Shown: positions 39,601-49,411, counted from the stretch's first letter. The stretch is DNA of 64,000 nucleotides from Desulfobacterales bacterium (GCA_050122475.1 JASFIV010000002.1:129-64128); one strand, 5' to 3'. Made by a program: numbers and translations. The notes: generated from the sequence alone by a model not told the origin.

Positions 39601-40308
39601 GTAATGCAGGCCCAAAAAGGTCTCAAAAGCCTTAATCTGGATGCGGTAATTGTTGTAAATTTCGGCTTTGCGGGCCTGACGCTTGAGGCTGGCCATCTGA
39701 CGCTTAATTTCCAGGATAATGTCAGTTACGCGCAATAAATTGTTTTTGGTAGCGTCGATTTTTCGCAAAGCTTCTGTTTTGCGGTTTTTATAGCGGGTGA
39801 CACCGGCGGCTTCCTCGATGAAAAAGCGAAGCTCTTCGGGACTCGCATCGGTTATGGCGCCGATTCTTCCCTGTTGGATAACGGCATATGATTTTGAGCC
39901 CAGTCCGCTGCCCCAGAAAACATTGTGAATATCTTTCAACCGGCACGGTTGTTTGTTCAGAAAATAAGCGCTTTCCCCAGAGCGATAGAGGCGGCGGGTG
40001 AGGTTGATTTCGGTAAAGTCTTTTAGCTCCTCGGGACTATCGCCATTATCGTTGGCCAGCGTTAAAGAGACTTCGGCCATGTTTAACGGCGGTTTGCCGT
40101 TGGCCCCGGAAAAAATGACATCTTCCATTTTTTTGCCCCGCAGTTGCTTGACGCTTTGTTCCCCCATGACCCATCTCAATGCGTCGATGATGTTGCTCTT
40201 GCCACAACCATTGGGGCCGACCACTGCGGAAACGCCCTGCGGGAATGTGATGCCGGCTTTATCATAGAAGGATTTGAATCCCGTAATTTCAAGCTTTTTT
40301 AACTTCAT
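36700..40308 (-). CDS. smc: Chromosome segregation protein SMC
   Basis: 1202 aa with Walker A GPNGCGKSNIIDAL, long coiled coils, a hinge, signature LSGGEK and Walker B LLDEIDAPLD. Confidence 0.96.
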   Translation of the reverse strand: MKLKKLEITGFKSFYDKAGITFPQGVSAVVGPNGCGKSNIIDALRWVMGEQSVKQLRGKKMEDVIFSGANGKPPLNMAEVSLTLANDNGDSPEELKDFTEINLTRRLYRSGESAYFLNKQPCRLKDIHNVFWGSGLGSKSYAVIQQGRIGAITDASPEELRFFIEEAAGVTRYKNRKTEALRKIDATKNNLLRVTDIILEIKRQMASLKRQARKAEIYNNYRIQIKAFETFLGLHYYDDYALQIQESDTLLRELQDLDISHTTEIKKLDATVEEIKLKRWQKNQEISEQKSNQYETQRSIDRTENDRVHLRGEVKRLSEESSDLKAIRADLEEKNQEMFSEIEQVKREMAEVNEEIAAKKSSINEEKKASEGIAEKLAALNQDQESNKSRLMDLIAREAQYKNIYQTTINNKESLQKRLAGVEEEENQARKQIKDVHKQEETARKQLETIKEDIQGLEEQIASAGSQLAQKNSALGKQVKLTQTLELERNTVKSNLNTLKKMADDFEWYRDGVKAIMKPRGTDEPAVSVNVSKKIVGLMADIIEAKPTFEAAVEAVLGDALQYIIVQDQDAGLEAIAYLQSRQAGRSGFIPLSAMKPADNLQTDAPVSGSLLLDQITVKPGYEPIVRTLLGHVVYTEDMTEAIQLYNRNGTSRTIVTKNGDVISPQGFLVGGSKDKLNGILAKKQALKALNRQSIKLDQKLEDARSDQSRLESEARQLEIQLQKLTEQKNNAVKKEIEAEKELVRASEELKNAERHLEIVMLEKEKLQGEASDVDAEMTKYNTALMDLSAEVQTAQNKVSHLSASISTVSAELEQYQQKVVDLQLQLTALHAKLENANNSLRRLNEFHNDSLNRLEQLGHEIGIKQQKKESAKQQITEYDQKLSEMYKQMEVLDQSLKANEAHYESIDGKLQDSDSKISKIKSKREQILEKVRLLELEQSERKIKKENVASRLEEKYRTSFAAIREEFRQDSEALELTEGKTIEQIETALETVQKKIDRIVDVNLGAIREYEQLKDRFDFLKEQRDDLERAIEDLHKVIKKINVITQKRFLETFDLINEKLKEVFPKLFGGGLAKLILKEPHLPLESGVEFMIHPPGKKLTRLSLLSGGEKAMAAIAFIFSIFMIKPTAFCLLDEIDAPLDDANVYRFNDLLKIIGEKSQIVMITHNKRSMEFADTLFGITMEQKGISKIVSVNFETAPSAN

Positions 40309-40585
40309 ATATCAAGATCTCCTCGGATCAATTTGTCGTACCAGCGTATATTTTGGGGTGCTCTGATTTTTAGTGGTATACCGCTGAAAGTGTCTTAAAA
40401 AAAAGCCACAACTTTGCCGTCCAAGTCATTTTGAGGCAAATTTCGGCTTGCAAGAAGATGGAAAAACGGTTTTGATTTTCACTGGCAAATCATAGCAGGA
40501 TGTGGGGCGCTTGTAAAGGAAAAACACAACTTAAGGTATAATTTTAGTAGTTTGGATACAAGATGTGGTGTTGGCAGCAACAATT

Positions 40586-40635
40586 AAATTCGAAATTCGA
40601 AATTCGAATTTAGAGTTTCGGATTTGGTGCGTGCA
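40586..40635. repeat. Word repeat (AATTCGA)x3 plus TTTCGGATTTGG
   Basis: AAATTCGAAATTCGAAATTCGAATTTAGAGTTTCGGATTTGG. The same words recur at 59020-59170. Confidence 0.7.
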
Positions 40636-40639
40636 CAAG

Positions 40640-40693
40640 GAAATACAAAGCACATCAAAACAGCACCAGGGTTTATTGATGCTGTTTTGATGT
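40640..40693 (-). terminator. Hairpin terminator directly after the ABC ATPase stop
   Basis: ACATCAAAACAGC (40652-40664) and GCTGTTTTGATGT (40681-40693) form a 13-bp stem. A moderately T-rich tail (GCTTTGTATTT) follows on the minus strand. Confidence 0.5.
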
Positions 40694-41425
40694 TTAAAGG
40701 ATCTGACTCAAAAATAACTTGGTGCGCTCATGGGTGGGGTTTTTGAAAAAATGTTCAGGGGAACCGATTTCGACAATGGCGCCTTCATCCATAAAAATGA
40801 CGGCATCGGCCACCTCACGGGCAAAACCCATTTCATGGGTGACGCACACCATGGTCATGCCCTCTTTGGCCAGGGTTTTCATCACATCCAGCACCTCGCC
40901 GATCATTTCAGGATCCAGTGCTGAGGTCGGTTCATCAAACAGCATGACCTTGGGATCCATTGCCAGGGCGCGTGCAATGGCCACCCGCTGCTGCTGGCCG
41001 CCGGACAAATTGTCCGGAAAGGCGCCGGCTTTGTCATGAATACCGACCTTTTTCAGCAGAAAATCGGACTTTTCCCTGGCGTCTGCCCTCGAGCGCTTGC
41101 GCACCACTTTCTGGGCCAGGGTAATGTTGTCAAACACCGATTTATGCGGGAATAGGTTAAAGGATTGAAAAACCATCCCCACTTCGGCCCGTAGCTTGTT
41201 GATATTCGTTTTGGGATTCAAGACGTCAACGCCGTCGATAAAAATGTGGCCAGAGTCGGCCTTCTCGAGACGGTTGAGACATCTGAGAAGCGTGCTCTTG
41301 CCGGATCCTGAGGGTCCGCAGACCACCACTACCTCCCCGGCCTTGATTTTGGTGGAAACATCCACCAGGGCTTTGACCTCGTGGGGGACATGAAAGGTTT
41401 TATTGACATTTTGTACATCAATCAC
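40694..41425 (-). CDS. Polar amino acid ABC transporter, ATP-binding protein
   Basis: Walker [10 protein letters not shown], signature [15 protein letters not shown] and Walker [11 protein letters not shown]. The start is set at GTG 41425, which overlaps the permease stop (GTGA). The longer ORF to 41503 would run inside the permease gene. Confidence 0.9.
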   Translation of the reverse strand: MIDVQNVNKTFHVPHEVKALVDVSTKIKAGEVVVVCGPSGSGKSTLLRCLNRLEKADSGHIFIDGVDVLNPKTNINKLRAEVGMVFQSFNLFPHKSVFDNITLAQKVVRKRSRADAREKSDFLLKKVGIHDKAGAFPDNLSGGQQQRVAIARALAMDPKVMLFDEPTSALDPEMIGEVLDVMKTLAKEGMTMVCVTHEMGFAREVADAVIFMDEGAIVEIGSPEHFFKNPTHERTKLFLSQIL

Positions 41426-42432
41426 GAGATGGCCATCCTTCTTTCTAAGTGTTGAACGAGCATGGATAAGGTAAATGTTAATACGAGATACAGCAAGGCG
41501 CATAACATAAATACTTCAAACGGCTGCAGGCTGGCGGTAACGGCCTCCCGGGCTGCTTTGGTCAATTCGCGAATGGCAATGATACCCAGCAGCGAAGAAT
41601 CTTTAATCAGGCTGATAAACTGGCCCGCCAGGGGCGGCAGAATCCTGCGCAAGGCCTGGGGCATGATGATATAGCGCATCGCTTGGCCGTAACTCATGCC
41701 CAGCGAGCGCGCGGCTTCCATCTGGCCGCGATGAATTGACTGGATGCCGGCCCGCACGATCTCGGTCACGTAGGCGCCTGCAAAACAGGCCAGAGACGCC
41801 ACCCCGTACCACCAGGCCGGAATCCGTCCCAGGCCATAGGCGGCCAGCAGCTCATTGAAAACGGTCCCCAGGATAAAGTACCAAATCAGGATCTGAACCA
41901 GCAACGGTGATCCCCGAATGACTTCCACATAGACTATTGTCGTCCATTTGAGGGCCGGGTTACCGGAAATACGCGTCAGACCGCCGATGATACCGATAAT
42001 GACACCGAAAATCGTTGCCAGGACGCTGATCTTGAGCGTCAGCCAGAGGCCCATGATCAGAAGGCCTGGTTTCCACTGGGTGTAGGACCCGAGCGTATCA
42101 CCGATAGAGATAATTTCGCCTTCTTCGACGCTGACCGCTGCGGCCGGGATTTCAAACGACACTGATTCGTCAAGACCTTTGACTGTAATAGTGGCCGTGT
42201 CGCCTTCTTTGGTGATGGATGCCACATCACCGTCGATCTCGGATGTTACATCAATCGTATCTTGGTAGGCAAAGTATATTGGTACGCGGTTCCAGCGCCA
42301 GACGTATTCAATTTTTTGGGTGGCATAGTAAAACAGGCCCATGACGACCAGGGCAAACACACAGAAAACGCCCACCCAAAAGTAATATGATTGCGGCCGA
42401 GCAACAGTTCGCTGATTTTTTTCTGGTTTCAT
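41422..42432 (-). CDS. Amino acid ABC transporter permease (His/Glu/Gln/Arg/opine family) with an extended N-terminal extracytoplasmic segment
   Basis: 336 aa. The C-terminal half carries the BPD_transp_1 EAA-like region ([33 protein letters not shown]). Confidence 0.9.
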   Translation of the reverse strand: MKPEKNQRTVARPQSYYFWVGVFCVFALVVMGLFYYATQKIEYVWRWNRVPIYFAYQDTIDVTSEIDGDVASITKEGDTATITVKGLDESVSFEIPAAAVSVEEGEIISIGDTLGSYTQWKPGLLIMGLWLTLKISVLATIFGVIIGIIGGLTRISGNPALKWTTIVYVEVIRGSPLLVQILIWYFILGTVFNELLAAYGLGRIPAWWYGVASLACFAGAYVTEIVRAGIQSIHRGQMEAARSLGMSYGQAMRYIIMPQALRRILPPLAGQFISLIKDSSLLGIIAIRELTKAAREAVTASLQPFEVFMLCALLYLVLTFTLSMLVQHLERRMAIS

Positions 42433-42603
42433 GGTGTTTTAACCGGTTTAAAGGTTGTCGTTTAAGAACTATCCAATCGAAACCGAATATATGCGAAGCG
42501 ATCAATTCTGACCTGCCAACTCACAAAAAGGCCGGCCAGCTCCTCGGCGGGAACGGCCGGCCTTCTCAATCATCCGGTAAACAGAAGTATCGATGTGGCT
42601 TGA

Positions 42604-43431
42604 TTATTCCAGCTCTTTTTTCCAGTCGGATCCGATAATCCACTTCTGATAGAGCCGGTCATAGAAGCCGTCACCCTTAGATTGCCTCAAGAAATTATTG
42701 AGCCAGTTGAGAAAATCCGGGTCTCCTTTGTTGATGGCCCAGGCCAGGGGTTCATAGGTGAAGGGCTCACTCAGAAAAATCGTTTTGCCCTTGCCCTGGC
42801 TGCCGTACAGATGCCCGCAGAAAGGCAGATCGTATACGAGGGCATCGGCTTTGCCGTTAATCACTTCAAGGCCGGCTTCGGCTTCGGATTGAAATGATTT
42901 GTAGGTGGCTTTGGGCATGAATTTTTTAATGGCCTGCTCGCCGGTGGTGCCCAGACGGGAGGTCAGGATATACTTGGGATCGTTGAGATCTTTATAGGAT
43001 TTGACTGTACCCTCATGTTTTTTATTCAACAGGATGGTCTGGCCGACGACGATATAGGGATCGGCAAAATTGATTTTCAGATTTCTTTCCTGGGTGATGG
43101 TCATGCCCCCCATGATGATATCGAACTTGTCGGTCATCAGGGCCGGGATAATGCCGTCCCATTCGGTATTGACCGGCACGAATTTAACGCCCATTGCTTT
43201 GGCCATTCGGCGGGCGTAATCCATATCAAATCCGATAAAATTCCCCTTTTTATCGGTCATTTCAAACGGAATGTAGCCGGATTCAAAGCCGACGCGCAGC
43301 TCTCCTCTTTTGAGGATTTTTTCGATTGTCGATTTTTTAGCCAGCTCAATGTCGGCGCCAAACACAGATCCACTGAAAATAAACCCGGCGGCAAAGAGCG
43401 CCACCAAACTCAGAAGCAATACTTTTTTCAT
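42604..43431 (-). CDS. Amino acid ABC transporter substrate-binding protein (SBP_bac_3)
   Basis: 275 aa with a signal peptide. LRVGFESGYIPFEM and WDGIIPALMTDKFDIIMGGMTIT are typical of family 3 binding proteins. Confidence 0.9.
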   Translation of the reverse strand: MKKVLLLSLVALFAAGFIFSGSVFGADIELAKKSTIEKILKRGELRVGFESGYIPFEMTDKKGNFIGFDMDYARRMAKAMGVKFVPVNTEWDGIIPALMTDKFDIIMGGMTITQERNLKINFADPYIVVGQTILLNKKHEGTVKSYKDLNDPKYILTSRLGTTGEQAIKKFMPKATYKSFQSEAEAGLEVINGKADALVYDLPFCGHLYGSQGKGKTIFLSEPFTYEPLAWAINKGDPDFLNWLNNFLRQSKGDGFYDRLYQKWIIGSDWKKELE

Positions 43432-43714
43432 GCCAAACCTCCTCCTTATTGGGTTAAAATTTACTTCCAGGGAACTGAATCGATAGCGATTCCGCCCCTG
43501 TTTAGTATCATTGACGATGGTTTTGGGTTCGGGAATAATTGGCCTTTAGCAGCTTAGAGCGCTGCCTCGGTAAACGATGCATACTTATCACAATCATTAT
43601 AAATGGCAAGTCGTTTTTTAAATTTGGGTTTGTTATTCAAAACCATTCAACCTTTAAATGGCATTCAAAGTGTGCCAAAATGAAGTGACAGCCTAGCCTT
43701 GAAAAAATTCAATA

Positions 43715-43741
43715 TTGCAAGTACTATTTACACTCTATAAT
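43715..43741 (+). promoter_or_regulatory. Candidate sigma70 promoter for the PPi-PFK gene
   Basis: ATTGCA/TTGCAA around 43714-43720 and a perfect TATAAT at 43736-43741 (spacer 15-16 nt), about 78 nt upstream of ATG 43819. GGAG lies 6 nt before the ATG. Confidence 0.4.
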
Positions 43742-43818
43742 GAGGTTGGGTAAAACCCTCGGTAACGACTGCCCTCTGGCATCGCATCCTTTCAACCTAT
43801 TTATTTGCGGAGATCGAA

Positions 43819-45909
43819 ATGTCAGGAAAAAAGCCAATGCCCATACCGGATCTGTTAAAGCACCCCAAGGTGTTGAAGGTCACCGAAGATGTAAACGCCG
43901 AATTGCTGGAAAGAAGACAATATTTACCGCCGGTCTGCAGCGCACTTTCGCAAAGCTTTTCCCGTCTGCAGCCAACAGATGAATTTAAGTTCACTGTGGA
44001 CAAAGAGGCCGCCAAACAGCTGCCCGATATTATCAACAATACGGTTCAGAAAATCGAGGGTCTTAAAACGGCTGATGCAAAGCTGTCCAAAAGATATCAG
44101 CAAAAGAGGCATATCGGCATCGTTTTCTCAGGAGGGCCGGCCCCCGGCGGACATAATGTTATTGCCGGTCTTTACGATGCGGTTAAAAAGACCAACCCGA
44201 AATCCAAGGTTTACGGATTTTTGGTCGGGCCGGATGGGATTATCGAAAACGAAACGCTTGAACTCAATGATGATCTGGTGGACGCATACCGCAATATCGG
44301 TGGTTTTACCATGATCAAAACCGGTCGAACCAAGATCGATACCCCGGATAAGATGACGCTGTGCCGGGAAACCTGTAAAAAACTCGATCTGGACGCCCTC
44401 GTCATTGTGGGCGGGGATGATTCCAACACCAATGCTGCTTTTTTAGCCCAGGAAATGGTTGGCGATGGCGTACAGGTGATCGGCGTGCCCAAGACGATCG
44501 ACGGCGATATTCAGGTCAGAGATGACAACGGCAGCGTCCTGTGCGCCATGTCTTTCGGATTTCATACCGCGGCGCGAGCCTTCGCCAATTCCATCAGCAA
44601 TTTGTGCACCGACAGCAGCTCCGATGTCAAATACTGGCATATTTGCAAAGTCATGGGCCGGGTGGCCAGCCACCTGGCTCTGGAAGTTGCCCTGCAAACT
44701 CATGCGAATATGACCCTCATTGGCGAGGACCTGGCCGATTATGTCGACCAGCGGCGGCTTGAAAAGGCCCAAAAAGAAAGCACGGTCGACTATCATGCCT
44801 ACGGCATAACCCTGCGGCATCTGTCACGGGTTATTTGTGAAGGAATTGTCAGGCGTGCTGCCATCGGGAAAAATTACGGTGTTATTGTCGTGCCCGAAGG
44901 CGTTTTAGAATTTGTCAACGAGATTCAGGTTTTCATTATTAAACTCAATACCCTTATTGCCGAATACAACCGGACCCGCGACAAAGATTTTCATGCCGCT
45001 TTTGCCCCGCTGGAAGATAAGCTGGAATATTTGCGCCGCCTGGCGCAGCGATCCAGAGAAGACACCTCTTTTACGCTCTGGAATACGCGCGATGATGATC
45101 TGTTCAATGACATTCCGGCCTTTTTTCAGGAAGGGCTTTTAATGGAGCGCGACAGTCACGGCAATTTTCCATTTTCACAGGTTGAAACTGAAAAAGTCCT
45201 AATGGATCTGGTCAAAGATTATCTGAACATTTTAAAAGAACAGGGCCGCTACCGCCTTGGTATTCGCAAAAGCTATTATCTCAAAACATTGAAACGAGCG
45301 GGCCTGGAGCCGGATGCCTATGGTCCGCTGCTATTTGAGGATTACGAACAGACTGACATTTTATTGAGAAAATCGGCGATTATATCGTTGAAAACGCTAA
45401 AGCAGTCTCTGGTCGAAGCAAAAATGATCAAAGATAGTGAAGACATTCCAGCGGCGGTTGAAAAAATGTATAAAAAGTCGGTTCCCTCTTTTAAAACCCA
45501 GAATCATTTTTACGGGTATGACGGCCGCGGAAATGACCCGACCCGATTTGATTGCATCTATACCTACAACCTGGGTTTGACCGTATTCAGCCTGATCGCC
45601 AACGGGGCTACCGGACAAATGGCCGCCATTCGCAATCTGGAGCAAGATTTTACCAAATGGGAACCGATCGGTATTCCCATTGCACCGCTGATGCATCTGG
45701 AAGAGCGTAAAGGCCGCCTGTCGCTTGTACTGGAAAAGAGTATTGTCGATGTTCGTTCAGCCGCATTTCAGGTCGTAAAAGCCAATCGTGAAAAGTGGTT
45801 GGCGGCTGATTCAGCGGGCGACCATTTCAGAAAGCCTGGTCCCATAAGGTTTACCGGGAAAAGCGAAGAGGAGCGGCCCATTACACTGGAATTAAATGCC
45901 ATTTGTTGA
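43819..45909 (+). CDS. pfp: Diphosphate--fructose-6-phosphate 1-phosphotransferase (PPi-dependent phosphofructokinase), unusually long form
   Basis: GIVFSGGPAPGGHNV, VGGDDSNTNA (Asp in place of the GGDGS Gly) and VPKTIDGD (Lys) are the residues associated with PPi rather than ATP use. At 696 aa it is longer than the roughly 550 aa I recall for typical long PFPs. Confidence 0.88.
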   Translation: MSGKKPMPIPDLLKHPKVLKVTEDVNAELLERRQYLPPVCSALSQSFSRLQPTDEFKFTVDKEAAKQLPDIINNTVQKIEGLKTADAKLSKRYQQKRHIGIVFSGGPAPGGHNVIAGLYDAVKKTNPKSKVYGFLVGPDGIIENETLELNDDLVDAYRNIGGFTMIKTGRTKIDTPDKMTLCRETCKKLDLDALVIVGGDDSNTNAAFLAQEMVGDGVQVIGVPKTIDGDIQVRDDNGSVLCAMSFGFHTAARAFANSISNLCTDSSSDVKYWHICKVMGRVASHLALEVALQTHANMTLIGEDLADYVDQRRLEKAQKESTVDYHAYGITLRHLSRVICEGIVRRAAIGKNYGVIVVPEGVLEFVNEIQVFIIKLNTLIAEYNRTRDKDFHAAFAPLEDKLEYLRRLAQRSREDTSFTLWNTRDDDLFNDIPAFFQEGLLMERDSHGNFPFSQVETEKVLMDLVKDYLNILKEQGRYRLGIRKSYYLKTLKRAGLEPDAYGPLLFEDYEQTDILLRKSAIISLKTLKQSLVEAKMIKDSEDIPAAVEKMYKKSVPSFKTQNHFYGYDGRGNDPTRFDCIYTYNLGLTVFSLIANGATGQMAAIRNLEQDFTKWEPIGIPIAPLMHLEERKGRLSLVLEKSIVDVRSAAFQVVKANREKWLAADSAGDHFRKPGPIRFTGKSEEERPITLELNAIC

Positions 45910-46068
45910 TTGCAATGACCTATGATTTTCAGTTACAATGTTATCTGATTCTATCCTGAAAATGAATACGGGATTTAATAGCATTTTATTGGCAGCGGCC
46001 TGCTTTTCGCAGCATCCAACCGCAATGTGTCGGCTGTAAATTGAACCACCCTGACGCATTTATATGGC

Positions 46069-47205
46069 GTGCCAATGAGAACCCAGTTGAGCAAACAAAT
46101 CAGCATTGCCAAACATGTTATCGACGGAACGATTACGATTGATTCGGTCGATGAATTTCAGGGCATGCTCCAAATTTTTCCCAATGACCCGGCTTTGCGC
46201 CGGTCTTATGCCGACCTGCTGGCTCGCAAACAATTACCCAAGGCGGCCGCACAGTCTTATCAGCATTCCGCCAACCTGTATGCCGATGCCGGTCTTTTGT
46301 TGCAGGCGATTGTATGTCAATTTTTAAAATGGCACATTAAAAAGCCGTCGCCGGCCGAAACGCAAACACTGTGGGACACACTTCAGAAAAGCAAATATCA
46401 TGAGATACCGACGAACGCTTTCTTTGCGAGCCTGTCGCATTCAGCGCTTCTGGCAGTCATCAAGCAATTCGAGTTGATTCGTCTGCCCGCCGGCAAGACA
46501 ATAGGCAAGATCGGTCATGAAGAAAATGCGCTCTTTTTTATTGTAGCCGGCAGCATCAAGGCCACGACTTATGAGCCATTAAAAAAATCCGATACGCGCC
46601 AACCCAAGTCAAGTATTTATTTGTCTGAAAATGATTTCTTCGGGCGTATTTACCCTTTAAACGAGTCTCAACGCTCTTATTGCCATACCGTCACGGCCGG
46701 TCAAACTGAATTGGTCAGAATCTGGCAGGAAAATATGCGTCAGGTTTGTCGGCGACATCCTCGGATTGAACTGGCGATTATCGATTTGTTTAAGGTGCGT
46801 TCCGAAAGAGAAGATATGGAAGCCTTGCGGTCGGTTCGCAAGGCTGACCGGCATCGCTTACCGCTCAAGATGAATCTGAAAATATGGCCAGGCTCTGCCG
46901 GTCACTATGGGCTTATTCTCGATGGGCTTTGCCGGGATATCTGCGTGGATGGGATGTGTATTGTGCTGGACGCCAAATATGCCAATGTTTCATCCATATA
47001 TAAATCCATCCAGAATGCAAAAATTGAAATGTCAATGCCATCCGAAGCGGTAACAATCAAAGTGTTGGGTTCGATTGTCTGGAGCAAGGAAGTTTACGAT
47101 GAAGAAGGCCGAACCGTTGCCCTGGGAATCCGGTTTGAGGAGATGTCGCCGCAAATGAGCGGCTTATTGATGGTGTTTGCGAATCTGCTCAATACAAACA
47201 ACTAA
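46069..47205 (+). CDS. Cyclic-nucleotide-binding domain / PilZ-like domain protein with an N-terminal TPR-like region
   Basis: The cNMP-binding-like segment is FELIRLPAGKTIGKIGHEENALFFIVAGSIKA. The C-terminal PilZ-like motifs are RKADRHR (RxxxR) and DICVDG (DxSxxG with Ser replaced by Cys) about 28 aa later. The start may be ATG 46075 instead of GTG 46069. Confidence 0.65.
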   Translation: MPMRTQLSKQISIAKHVIDGTITIDSVDEFQGMLQIFPNDPALRRSYADLLARKQLPKAAAQSYQHSANLYADAGLLLQAIVCQFLKWHIKKPSPAETQTLWDTLQKSKYHEIPTNAFFASLSHSALLAVIKQFELIRLPAGKTIGKIGHEENALFFIVAGSIKATTYEPLKKSDTRQPKSSIYLSENDFFGRIYPLNESQRSYCHTVTAGQTELVRIWQENMRQVCRRHPRIELAIIDLFKVRSEREDMEALRSVRKADRHRLPLKMNLKIWPGSAGHYGLILDGLCRDICVDGMCIVLDAKYANVSSIYKSIQNAKIEMSMPSEAVTIKVLGSIVWSKEVYDEEGRTVALGIRFEEMSPQMSGLLMVFANLLNTNN

Positions 47206-47324
47206 CATTCAGCACAGATCGCTGACAATAGCAGCGAAACCATTAAAAAGTTAAGTCATCAACGAAAATGGAGATTATTTGCGGTTAGGGATAACACGAA
47301 TTTGTGATTAACAAATACAGTCGG

Positions 47325-47606
47325 CTATTCATAGTATTCATTTTCCAGGCTAAACCTTTGCTCGTCGTCAATGACTCCCATTTCTACGAGCAAATCGCCG
47401 ATACCCGCATCGCGCAGATAGTCAATTTCCATGATTGTAGCCGGCTTTTTTCCCTTAACGCTGAAAAAAGTATAATGCAGATGCATCGAAGTTTTCTTTA
47501 AAAAGCGGACATCTGTGCCATAAAATATAAAATGATTATTCATAACAAAATATCCGGCGGCTACCAGGATGCCAATCAAGATATATTGCTTAATTCTTTT
47601 GATCAT
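47325..47606 (-). CDS. Small membrane-anchored hypothetical protein
   Basis: 93-aa ORF with one N-terminal hydrophobic helix (YILIGILVAAGYFVM). No recognisable family. Confidence 0.4.
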   Translation of the reverse strand: MIKRIKQYILIGILVAAGYFVMNNHFIFYGTDVRFLKKTSMHLHYTFFSVKGKKPATIMEIDYLRDAGIGDLLVEMGVIDDEQRFSLENEYYE

Positions 47607-47742
47607 TATATGACCTTATTGGAGTGAGTTAATAAAGACATATGCCAGGTTTGGTTATACCGTTCCTGGCATTCAACCTCTATTATTCTATCAAACACTG
47701 CCTGAGGCGTCAATATTTGGCGGTTGCCAGGGGAGCAACTAT

Positions 47743-49086
47743 ATGAATAAATTAAAAAAACGTATGGGTAATCGTGTCGATATGGCCGATTACATGGTTT
47801 TGACCGCCATATTTCTAGGGGCGTTGTACTGGGCTCTGGAATCCCTTCTGAATGTATTTTCGCCGGAGGAAATTAGTTTCTATCAAGAAATCTTCGGGCC
47901 CAATATCAGTGACGTGTGGCCGCGGCTGATCGTATTTTGCCTTTTTTTAATGTTTGGCTCCCACGTACAATTTACCATCAATGAACGCAACCGGGCGCTG
48001 GAAGCATTAAAAGAAAGTGAGGAAAAATACCGAACCATTCTCGAAAATATCGAAGAGGGTTACTATGAAATCGATTTTGAAGGATATTTTATTTTCGGAA
48101 ACGACTCGTTGAGTAAAATTCTCGGCGCTCCCAAAATGGATCTGCGATTCATGAATCTTTGGGAATTTATGGATGAAAAGAATGCCGAATTAATATATGA
48201 AACCTTTTTGGAATGTCGCCGAAGCGGCAGACCTGTTAAAGCCTTTGACTGCGAATTTAATGCTGGGGGGGCAATCTTATTCATTGAAGCTTCGGCTTCT
48301 TTACTACAGGATTCCAAGGGTTTGCCTATCGGATATCGTGGGGTACTGCGGGACCGAACTGAAAAAAAGAAAATGGAAATGGATTTATTGGAATCCTATC
48401 GGAAAGTACATGAAGCCCGCAGTGCAACAATTCTGGGTCTTGCCAAGCTTGCCGAATACCGCGACGAAGGTACCGGCACTCACCTGGAAAGAATTCGGGA
48501 GTATGCCAGAATTCTTGCGGTGCAATTGGCTAAGAATCCCAAGTTTGCTGACCGCATCGATCAGCAATATATTGACGACATCTACCAGTCTTCGATTCTG
48601 CACGATATCGGTAAAGTCGGCACACCGGATGCGCTCTTACTAAAACCCGGGGAATTGACTGAAGATGAGTTTGATATCATCAAGCGCCATACCCTGATGG
48701 GCGGCAATGCCTTAAAGGCAATCGAATCTCAGATTGAGGGTAAATCCTTCCTGGCCATGGGCAAGGAAATTGCCTATAACCATCACGAGAAATGGGACGG
48801 CTCGGGATACCCGCGCGGACTAAAAGGCGAAGCGATCCCTTTATCTGCGCGCATCATTGCGGTAGCTGATGTGTACGATGCCTTAACGACCAAAAGATTT
48901 TACAAAGAAGCCTATTCTCACGAAAAAGCCAAGTCGATGATCATCCGCTTAAAAGGCCAACACTTCGATCCGGAAATTGTTGAGGCCTTTGTTGCCATAG
49001 AGGCAGAATTCAAACGCGTGCGCAGAGAAAAACTCAAGGAGGAGACGGCCTTTACCCAGCAGCGGGTTCAAGCTGTCGGTCATTAA
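47743..49086 (+). CDS. HD-GYP domain phosphodiesterase with N-terminal TM segments and a PAS-like domain
   Basis: The HD-GYP signature is HDIGKVGTP..., HHEKWDGSGYPRGLKG and AVADVYDALTTKR. A PAS-like region (YRTILENIEEGYYEID) precedes it. Confidence 0.9.
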   Translation: MNKLKKRMGNRVDMADYMVLTAIFLGALYWALESLLNVFSPEEISFYQEIFGPNISDVWPRLIVFCLFLMFGSHVQFTINERNRALEALKESEEKYRTILENIEEGYYEIDFEGYFIFGNDSLSKILGAPKMDLRFMNLWEFMDEKNAELIYETFLECRRSGRPVKAFDCEFNAGGAILFIEASASLLQDSKGLPIGYRGVLRDRTEKKKMEMDLLESYRKVHEARSATILGLAKLAEYRDEGTGTHLERIREYARILAVQLAKNPKFADRIDQQYIDDIYQSSILHDIGKVGTPDALLLKPGELTEDEFDIIKRHTLMGGNALKAIESQIEGKSFLAMGKEIAYNHHEKWDGSGYPRGLKGEAIPLSARIIAVADVYDALTTKRFYKEAYSHEKAKSMIIRLKGQHFDPEIVEAFVAIEAEFKRVRREKLKEETAFTQQRVQAVGH

Positions 49087-49393
49087 ATAGTTTCCATTTG
49101 GAAATGGCCCTTTTTCGCTTTGTTTTGATGAACTGTGTTCTCCGCGGGTTTTCCGCCTGCGACATACTCGATGTACGCCTTGCCGGAAACCTTCTGCCCG
49201 CCATCGCGAGCGCTCCATTCGACCCGCTTTCGACTTGAGCTCAGGCCGAAAGTAGCTCATGGCCGAGGGCAGGCGAGGCGGGCGGGCTTGTGCGGATTGT
49301 TGAACACTTTAATTTTCGTAAAACTAGATGTGAAATCCCGTTTGGCGGGGCTCATCAAAAAAAAAGCTCATTTCCAAATTGTAAACGAACTAT
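49087..49393 (+). repeat. Family-2 structured element, long copy C
   Basis: Ends are ATAGTTTCCATTTGGAA and (reverse complement) ATAGTTCGTTTACAATTTGGAA. Module 1 is GGTTTTCCG...CATACTCGATGTACGCC...CGGAAACC. Module 2 is TTGTTGAACACTTTAATTTTCGTAAAACTAGATGTGAAATCCCGTTTGGCGGGG. It starts 1 nt after the HD-GYP gene stop. Confidence 0.75.
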
Positions 49394-49411
49394 TGGTTTC
49401 CATCCACTAAG

